This document shows positions 56,890 through 64,000 of a DNA stretch of 64,000 bases, piece by piece. Source of the DNA: an uncultured Gammaproteobacteria bacterium (GTDB lineage Bacteria > Patescibacteriota > Microgenomatia > CAZXEC01); NCBI GenBank assembly GCA_964639595.1, contig CAZXEC010000001.1, forward strand, positions 88,111 through 152,110. The letters run 5' to 3'. The notes beneath the pieces are model-generated. The model had not been told where the DNA came from. It saw only the letters and a list, made by a program, of their open reading frames with translations, and did no database searches. Each line of letters opens with the position of its first letter. Within the stretch, counting starts at the first letter, position 1. A program made the position numbers and the translations under genes.

Positions 56890-56980
56890 AATATTGTTAT
56901 TTTACCATAAAAGAAGCCTGTTAAATACCAGTTGATTTTTCACCATCAGATGATATACTGCCCCTAAAAGAAAAAAACTT

Positions 56981-58039
<1,059 letters not shown>

Positions 58040-58054
58040 TTTGTTTTTTGCCAA

Positions 58055-58693
58055 ATGCCCAGAATTACTGATATTGCTCCACAGAAAAAACGTCCCAATT
58101 ATTTTAATATTTTTCTGGATGGAAAATTTGCATTTTCTGCCTCTGCCCAAACTGTTGCCGAAAAAAAATTAAAAGTCGGTCAAGAATTATCTGACGTGCA
58201 ACTGGATCATACCCGAAAACAAGTAGGGATAGAAAAACTGCTAACTAAAGCCCTTTTTTTTCTATCTTTCAGGTCCAGATCAGAGCATGAGATCAGACAA
58301 TATCTTGCTCAAAAAATCACCGATGAGAAAGATACCATTTTGGCAGATGAGGTGATTGCCAAACTCAAAAAGATTGGCCAGGTTGATGATTTGGCTTTTG
58401 CCAGAGCGTGGATCGACTCCAGATCTCGTTCCAAACCCAGAAGCTTAAAATTTATTAAATTTGAACTTATTAGAAAAGGGATTGATAGAGCGATAATTGA
58501 CCAAGAACTGTCCCAAGTTGGGCCTGCTGATCAGGTTGAGCTGGCTCTCAAGGTGCTTATCAAAAAAAGGCAAAAATTGCACAAACTCCCGGAAAAAGAG
58601 CAGCAGCTCAAAGCTTGGGGGTATCTCTCGCGCTTAGGGTTTGACTGGGAGACGGCAAAAGTTGCATTTGACCAATTCCGGCAAATCAAGTAG
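58055..58693 (+). CDS. recX: Regulatory protein RecX
   Basis: 212 aa, three-helix repeat architecture. Immediately downstream of recA. Confidence 0.8.
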   Translation: MPRITDIAPQKKRPNYFNIFLDGKFAFSASAQTVAEKKLKVGQELSDVQLDHTRKQVGIEKLLTKALFFLSFRSRSEHEIRQYLAQKITDEKDTILADEVIAKLKKIGQVDDLAFARAWIDSRSRSKPRSLKFIKFELIRKGIDRAIIDQELSQVGPADQVELALKVLIKKRQKLHKLPEKEQQLKAWGYLSRLGFDWETAKVAFDQFRQIK

Positions 58694-58805
58694 AATATAA
58701 GTTAACTTTCGGGCAAGATGAGGCCAAATTATATGATGTATCTTCGAAAGCTCAATTTAATCCCAGCCAAACCTTTGGCTGCTGGCAGACTTTCGCATCG
58801 TGTAT

Positions 58806-58828
58806 AAACTCTCCTTTTAGGAGAGTTT
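58806..58828 (+). promoter_or_regulatory. Perfect 9-bp hairpin AAACTCTCC-TTTTA-GGAGAGTTT in the rny leader
   Basis: The 3' arm mimics an SD (GGAGAG). The 5' arm is anti-SD-like (CTCTCC). The genuine SD GGAGAGAG is at 58866-58873. Confidence 0.5.
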
Positions 58829-58875
58829 GTTGACCTCATCTTCCCCTAAGCAGTTTTAAGTTTAAAAAGGAGAGA

Positions 58876-60378
58876 GTGATGATTAATATTTTTGGAAAAA
58901 TTTTTAATGCCAATGAGCCAGATACCAGTAAGGCTCGTCAACAACCGGCCCAAGTAGCACCAATTAGCAAACCGGACGAGTCGGCCAGATCCATGCCACC
59001 GGTCAAAAGTGCTCAAGACGAGGCTCGTCGCATCAAGGAACAAGCAGAAGAAGAAGCCAGAAAGGTCAGACAGGAAGTGCTGGCTCTGGAAACCAGGCTG
59101 GCCCAAAAAGAAGAAGATGTCGATCAAAAACTGCAAAAGTTAGAAGAACAAGAAAGAGCTTTAAGACAGGCAGAAGAACATCTGCAAGGCCAACGAACAG
59201 AAATTAATAATCTCAAACAAGATCTGGTGACGCGATTGGAAAAAGTATCTTCCCTGACCCGGGAAGAAGCCAGAAACTTAATGCTGGCATCTATTGAAGA
59301 AAGACTAGCCGATGATGTCGCCAAACGCATCAAAGAAGCGGAGGAAAAAATCAAGCGTGAATCAGAAAAACTGGCCAAACAAATTTTGGCTGATGCCATG
59401 CTGCATGGGGCGACCGATTATGTGCCGGAGTTTACTGTTTCCCTGGTCAAATTAGCGGATGAGGAAATGAAAGGTAGAATTATCGGCAAAGAAGGCCGCA
59501 ATATCCGTGCCTTTGAACAAGCCACTGGCGTGGATGTGGATTTGGATGAAGAAGGAATCATCAGATTGTCTTCTTTTGACCCGGTGCGTCGAGAAATTGC
59601 CAAGGTGGCTTTAGAAAAACTGATTCGTGACACCAGAATTCAACCATCCAGAATTGAAGAGGTGGTGGCCCAAACTACTCGTGACATTGACAGGACCATT
59701 CACCAGGAGGGTGAAAAACTCTGCCATGTGGTGGGGGTTTATAACCTACCAGGCGATCTGGTCAATATGTTGGGCAGGTTTAAATACAGATTTTCCTACG
59801 GTCAGAGCCTCATTGCCCATACTTTGGAGGAAACCAAAATAGGTATTGCTATTGCCCAAGAGCTCAAAGCTGATGTCAATGTGGTTAAGCTGGGCTGCCT
59901 ATTCCATGATATCGGTAAAATTGTCACCGATGAGGAAGGAACTCATGTGCAACTAGGGGTTGACCTGTTGAAAAAATATCATATTCCTGATGCGGTAGTG
60001 GCTTGTGTGGCCGAACACCATGAGGATCGGCCATTCTCTTCGGTGGAATCGATGATTGTTTATATCGCCGATGCCATTTCCGGTTCTCGTCCAGGCGCCA
60101 GACATGAAAACGTGGAAGAATATATCAAAAGAATGACTGATTTGGAAAACATTGCCAAGTCTTTCAAGGGAGTCAAAGAGGCCTATGCCCTGTCTGCCGG
60201 TCGCGAGGTGAGAGTGGCAGTTGTTCCGGAAGAAGTTGACGACAACCAAGCAGTGAAACTGGCTCATGATATTGCCGATCGGGTTAATAAAGAAGTGATG
60301 GTACCGGGAAATGTCAAGATAACAGTAGTTAGGGAGATCAGAGCCCAAGTTACCACCAGTGCCCACGGTCCCAGATAA
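58876..60378 (+). CDS. rny: Ribonuclease Y (KH + HD domains)
   Basis: KH RIIGKEGRNIRAFEQATGVDV. HD LGCLFHDIGK...AEHHED. Confidence 0.9.
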   Translation: MMINIFGKIFNANEPDTSKARQQPAQVAPISKPDESARSMPPVKSAQDEARRIKEQAEEEARKVRQEVLALETRLAQKEEDVDQKLQKLEEQERALRQAEEHLQGQRTEINNLKQDLVTRLEKVSSLTREEARNLMLASIEERLADDVAKRIKEAEEKIKRESEKLAKQILADAMLHGATDYVPEFTVSLVKLADEEMKGRIIGKEGRNIRAFEQATGVDVDLDEEGIIRLSSFDPVRREIAKVALEKLIRDTRIQPSRIEEVVAQTTRDIDRTIHQEGEKLCHVVGVYNLPGDLVNMLGRFKYRFSYGQSLIAHTLEETKIGIAIAQELKADVNVVKLGCLFHDIGKIVTDEEGTHVQLGVDLLKKYHIPDAVVACVAEHHEDRPFSSVESMIVYIADAISGSRPGARHENVEEYIKRMTDLENIAKSFKGVKEAYALSAGREVRVAVVPEEVDDNQAVKLAHDIADRVNKEVMVPGNVKITVVREIRAQVTTSAHGPR

Positions 60379-60408
60379 TTGGAAAAAGTCTTGTGAGATT
60401 TTAGTGTC

Positions 60409-60437
60409 TTGACAATCAATTTAGGCTGTGTTAAAAA
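60409..60437 (+). promoter_or_regulatory. Promoter for hup (TTGACA-17 nt-TAAAAA)
   Basis: TTGACA 60409-60414. TAAAAA(T) 60432-60438. Confidence 0.5.
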
Positions 60438-60492
60438 TCTGCCAAGGATCCCCACGTCTCCGCCAGCTGGCGGATTTGCGGGGCAAGTCAAA

Positions 60493-60765
60493 ATGACTAA
60501 AAACGAACTAATTGAAATTGTCGCCAAAAAAGTGGGGCTAACCAAAAGAGCTGCTCGTCAAACCATTGACACTGTTTTTGGCTTGATTGGCCAAAATTTA
60601 TCAAAAGGTGAAAAAGTGGTCATTCAAGGTTTTGGCACCTTTAGAGTCAGGTCCAGATCCGGCCGTCGCGGCCGCAATCCGCAGACTGGGGCTGCCATTC
60701 AAATCGCCTCCCACAAAACTCCCGGTTTTTCTGCCGGTAAAGCCTTAAAAAAAGTTATTAAGTAA
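60493..60765 (+). CDS. hup: DNA-binding protein HU
   Basis: MTKNELIEIVAKKVGLTKRAARQTIDTVF...GFGTFRVRSRSGRRGRNPQTG. The track's 60409 start is a TTG shadow extension. Confidence 0.92.
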   Translation: MTKNELIEIVAKKVGLTKRAARQTIDTVFGLIGQNLSKGEKVVIQGFGTFRVRSRSGRRGRNPQTGAAIQIASHKTPGFSAGKALKKVIK

Positions 60766-60800
60766 ACTCCATTTAGCTCTGCTGTTGATGTTACAATTGA

Positions 60801-61601
60801 ATGCAGGTCTCTATGAGGGCAATTTGGGCGCTTTTCAAAATTCATTGGCTGGAAATTTTTGAATATCGGGTAGACTCCCTGATTTACACGTTAGGGAATA
60901 TCTTATTCCCGCTGGTGATGTTAGTGGTCTGGTTAAAGATTTCTCAAACTTCAGGCAATGAGCTGGCCTATTCTGCAAATCAGCTTACCATATATTATTT
61001 AACTTTAGGATTTGTCCAACTGGTTACTTCAGTTTGGGGTGCCTGGTTTATGAACGAAGACATCAGAAACGGCCGTTTATCAAAATATTTGACTAAACCG
61101 ATCTCCTATTTTTGGTATAGCGCCACTCAAAACATTTCCGAAAAAGCTTTCAGATTATTTATTCTGTTACCCTTTCTGCTGGCAGCATATTTTACTTTTA
61201 AAGTAGATTTTAATTTTAATACCTGGTCGCTGATGTTGTTTTTCATGTCACTGGTCTTGGCGCTTATTTTAAGATTGCTGGTCGATTTTTCCCTGGGCCT
61301 GTTGGCGTTTTGGTTATCGGATAACCGGGCTGCCTTGTCATGTTATCTGCTTTTGGACACGATTTTGTCCGGCCGGGTGATTCCATTGGTCTTTTTTCCG
61401 GCAGCTTTTGGATCTATTTTATACTTCTCTCCCTTTAGATTTTGGGTATCTTTTCCCATTGAAATTATGGTGGGGAAGGCAACTCCCAGTGAAATTTGGC
61501 AGGGATTTATCTTGCAGATCGGCTGGATTCTGATTGCCTTTGTGGTTATGAGGCTAGTTTGGTTTTTTGGTATTCGCGAGTATCAGGCGGTGGGAGCATG
61601 A
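60801..61601 (+). CDS. ABC-2 family exporter permease
   Basis: 6 TM segments. DIRNGRLSKYLTKP motif typical of ABC-2 membrane proteins. Confidence 0.65.
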   Translation: MQVSMRAIWALFKIHWLEIFEYRVDSLIYTLGNILFPLVMLVVWLKISQTSGNELAYSANQLTIYYLTLGFVQLVTSVWGAWFMNEDIRNGRLSKYLTKPISYFWYSATQNISEKAFRLFILLPFLLAAYFTFKVDFNFNTWSLMLFFMSLVLALILRLLVDFSLGLLAFWLSDNRAALSCYLLLDTILSGRVIPLVFFPAAFGSILYFSPFRFWVSFPIEIMVGKATPSEIWQGFILQIGWILIAFVVMRLVWFFGIREYQAVGA

Positions 61602-62377
61602 GAATCGTCAGAGTTGTCCTGGCATTATTTTTGCAAAATTTAACCAGGGAAATGGAGTTTAAAAATAGTTTTTTTATCAATACTTTTCTTACCATAGGCT
61701 GGTTTGGCTCAACACTGGTGACGGTTTATTTACTATTTCTGCATACTAATAATTTAGCCGGCTGGACTAAGCAGCAGGTATTTTTACTGCTGGGAATTTA
61801 TCGGATTATCGAGTCTGTGGCCAACAGTTCTTTCAGGGCTAATTTTGAAAGGCTGCCATATTGGATAGAAAATGGCGAGTTGGACCTGTTTTTAACCAAG
61901 CCGGTTCCTACTCAATTGTTGTTGAGTTTTAGATACTTTCGGATTTTTGAATTGCCCAATTTATTGGCTGCCATCGGCCTGGTGGTTTGGGCGCTAGTTC
62001 AAACAGGTTTTACTATATCGAATGTATTTTTGGGGATAATATTTACATTTTTGGGCCTGTTGATCTTGTATGCCTTATGGTTTGCTATTTCCCAGATTGC
62101 TTTTTGGACCACCAGGCTGACCTCTTTGTGGGAAATATTTAATTTAACTCAAACTCCCGGCATGGTGCCGATTTCTGTTTACGAAGGGACAGTCCGCTTT
62201 ATATTGACTATTATTATCCCGGTGGCTTTTGTGACCACTGTTCCTGCCCAGGCTTTTGTGGGCTTGTTGTCTTGGCAGTATGCTCTAGGGGCAATTATAA
62301 TTTGTGCCGCTTTCTTATATGGATCAAACAGATTATTTCGTGTGGCACTGCGCACATATTCAAGCGCCAGTTCATAA
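61598..62377 (+). CDS. ABC-2 family exporter permease (second)
   Basis: Start at MRIVRVVLALFLQN (ATGA overlap with the previous gene). ENGELDLFLTKP motif. Confidence 0.65.
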   Translation: MRIVRVVLALFLQNLTREMEFKNSFFINTFLTIGWFGSTLVTVYLLFLHTNNLAGWTKQQVFLLLGIYRIIESVANSSFRANFERLPYWIENGELDLFLTKPVPTQLLLSFRYFRIFELPNLLAAIGLVVWALVQTGFTISNVFLGIIFTFLGLLILYALWFAISQIAFWTTRLTSLWEIFNLTQTPGMVPISVYEGTVRFILTIIIPVAFVTTVPAQAFVGLLSWQYALGAIIICAAFLYGSNRLFRVALRTYSSASS

Positions 62378-62399
62378 GGTATATAATGGTAAAAAGCAT

Positions 62400-63374
62400 A
62401 TGTCGGCAATAGTAGTTGATCACCTGTTAAAATATTATTCAGCTCACCAGAAACAACCGGGCCTGTGGGGGTCAGTTAAAAGTTTATTTGTCAGACGCTA
62501 CTTTGATGTTAAGGCTGTCGATGATGTTTCTTTCTCAATAGAACCGGGAGAATTAGTCGGATTTATCGGTCCCAATGGCGCCGGCAAGACTACCACCCTG
62601 AAAGTCTTGTCAGGGCTGCTTTATCCCACTGGCGGCAAGGTGAGCGTCTTAGGGTATGAACCATGGAAAAGACAAGCCGAATTCCAAAAGCAATTTGCCC
62701 TGGTAATGGGTCAGAAAAACCAGTTGTGGTGGGATTTGTCGGCCATGGAATCATTTATCCTCAACAAGGAAATCTATGAAGTACCAGATGATAAATTTAA
62801 AAGCATTATCGCCGAATTATCAGAAATGCTTGACGTTGCTGATGTTTTGAATGTTCAAGTGAGAAAGCTATCGTTGGGGCAAAGAATGAAAGCAGAACTA
62901 ATTGCCGCTCTGTTGCATTCTCCCAAAGTGCTATTTTTGGATGAACCGACTATTGGTTTGGATGTGGTGGCCCAGAAAAAAATGCGTGATTTTATCAAGG
63001 GATATAACCGTAAGTATGGCGCCACGGTTATTCTGACTTCCCATTATATGGAGGATGTCAAAGAACTGTGCCAAAGAGTGGTGATAATTGATCACGGTAA
63101 GATTTTATTTGACGGGCCCTTGTCTGATGTGGTGGCCAAATATGCCGACCACAAAACTATTGTGGCCACCTTTGATGGCGAAGTGAAAAGAGAAGATTTA
63201 TCAAAAATAGGCCAGGTGCAGGAATTTGACCCGCCCAAAGCTACTATTAATGTCGCCAGAGCCCACACCTCTCAAAAAGCCAGCCAACTTTTAAATGAAT
63301 TTCCGGTAGTTGACCTGACTATCGAAGAGCCGCCGATTGAAGATATTATCAGAGAACTATTCTCTGGCCGCTGA
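62400..63374 (+). CDS. ABC transporter ATP-binding protein
   Basis: Walker A GPNGAGKTT. Signature LSLGQRMK. Walker B LFLDEPT. ATG at 62400 chosen. Confidence 0.9.
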   Translation: MSAIVVDHLLKYYSAHQKQPGLWGSVKSLFVRRYFDVKAVDDVSFSIEPGELVGFIGPNGAGKTTTLKVLSGLLYPTGGKVSVLGYEPWKRQAEFQKQFALVMGQKNQLWWDLSAMESFILNKEIYEVPDDKFKSIIAELSEMLDVADVLNVQVRKLSLGQRMKAELIAALLHSPKVLFLDEPTIGLDVVAQKKMRDFIKGYNRKYGATVILTSHYMEDVKELCQRVVIIDHGKILFDGPLSDVVAKYADHKTIVATFDGEVKREDLSKIGQVQEFDPPKATINVARAHTSQKASQLLNEFPVVDLTIEEPPIEDIIRELFSGR

Positions 63375-64000
63375 TGAAAAAATATCAAACAGTTTTTACC
63401 GTTACTCTAGCCAACATTTTTCAGTATCGAACCAATTTTTTCCTGGAACGTTTGCGCAGTCTGATTTCTTTGGTGACTTTATATTTCTTGTGGCAGGCGG
63501 TATTTGCAGAGCAGAATTTCTTATTTGGATACAGCAGAGAGCAGATATTTACCTATGTATTGATTTCACATTTGGCTAGTTTTTTAGTGCTTTTAACCAC
63601 CACGGGAGAAATTGCCGGAGAAATTGCCGGAGGCGGCAAATTCTTTTCTTATTTAGTAAGACCAGTTAGCTACATCAAATATTGGCTGGCTGTTGATTTG
63701 GGATATAAGCTGGTGAGTACAATTTTTGCTTTGCTGGAAATTATCATTTTTGTTCGATTGTTTAATGTCACTGTATACTTTCCTTTAATTTGGTCAATTT
63801 GGATATTGGCACTGGGTGTATTTTTACTGGCCATGATGCTAAATTTTTTGTTGGGATTCTTAGTGAGTTTAGTGGCTTTTTGGACCCAGGAAGTATGGGC
63901 GCCCCGCTTTTTGTTTATTATTATTTTGGGTTTGGCCAGTGGTAGTTTTTTCCCTTTGGATGTGTTGCCATCGTTGGGTCAGCAAATTATATCCTGGACT
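63374..64000 (+). CDS. ABC-2 family permease (third), partial; runs off the end of the window
   Basis: ATG at 63374 overlaps the ATPase stop (TGATG). Open to nt 64000. MKKYQTVFTVTLANIFQYRTNFFLERLRSL. Not in the ORF track because no stop falls inside the window. Confidence 0.7.
   Translation, partial: MKKYQTVFTVTLANIFQYRTNFFLERLRSLISLVTLYFLWQAVFAEQNFLFGYSREQIFTYVLISHLASFLVLLTTTGEIAGEIAGGGKFFSYLVRPVSYIKYWLAVDLGYKLVSTIFALLEIIIFVRLFNVTVYFPLIWSIWILALGVFLLAMMLNFLLGFLVSLVAFWTQEVWAPRFLFIIILGLASGSFFPLDVLPSLGQQIISWT

Noticed and set aside
51269-56980. Integrase/recombinase or transposase in the island
   Set aside because: None of the island ORFs shows tyrosine/serine recombinase or DDE motifs. The island cannot be called an intact mobile element.

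Overview
This 64-kb window comes from a compact, gene-dense bacterial genome. Almost every gene is on the + strand, spacers are short, and adjacent genes often overlap by 4 nt (ATGA) or 1 nt (TGATG). The content is core information processing. It starts with the C-terminus of dnaK, then dnaJ, a GNAT acetyltransferase, nusA, infB, an NrnA-like DHH protein, rpsO and pnp. Next come a Lon-like AAA+ ATPase that ends exactly where the protease domain should begin, a family-4 UDG, RNase J, FtsK, a RodZ-like protein, a DUF948/YtxH pair, alaS, a large membrane protein, a sortase, ruvX, mltG and a PurM-like gene. These are followed by rpoB-rpoC, the str operon (rpsL-rpsG-fusA-tuf), and the full S10/spc/alpha ribosomal-protein cluster running from rpsJ to rpsI. 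That cluster has no L30 and no adk, and includes secY, map, infA and rpmJ. Downstream are recA, recX, rny, hup and an ABC-2 exporter operon. Several proteins are shortened (IF2 502 aa, AlaRS 628 aa, DnaJ without a zinc finger) or carry lysine-rich tails. By inference this is the reduced-genome Patescibacteria/CPR style. The one clearly accessory segment is a roughly 5.4-kb island at about 51.4-56.9 kb, inserted between rpsI and a tRNA-Pro-like gene next to recA. The island carries a tightly coupled four-gene operon built around a 632-aa GHKL (MutL/MORC-like Bergerat-fold) ATPase, driven by a consensus sigma70 promoter. It also has a convergent HTH(XRE)+ImmA/IrrE metallopeptidase pair with palindromic operators. 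A small HNH nuclease and a multi-zinc-ribbon PD-(D/E)xK nuclease sit beside them. The HTH-ImmA-HNH module is bracketed by roughly 50-bp imperfect direct repeats. I read this island as a candidate uncharacterised defence or conflict system. No CRISPR array, rRNA or integrase was seen.
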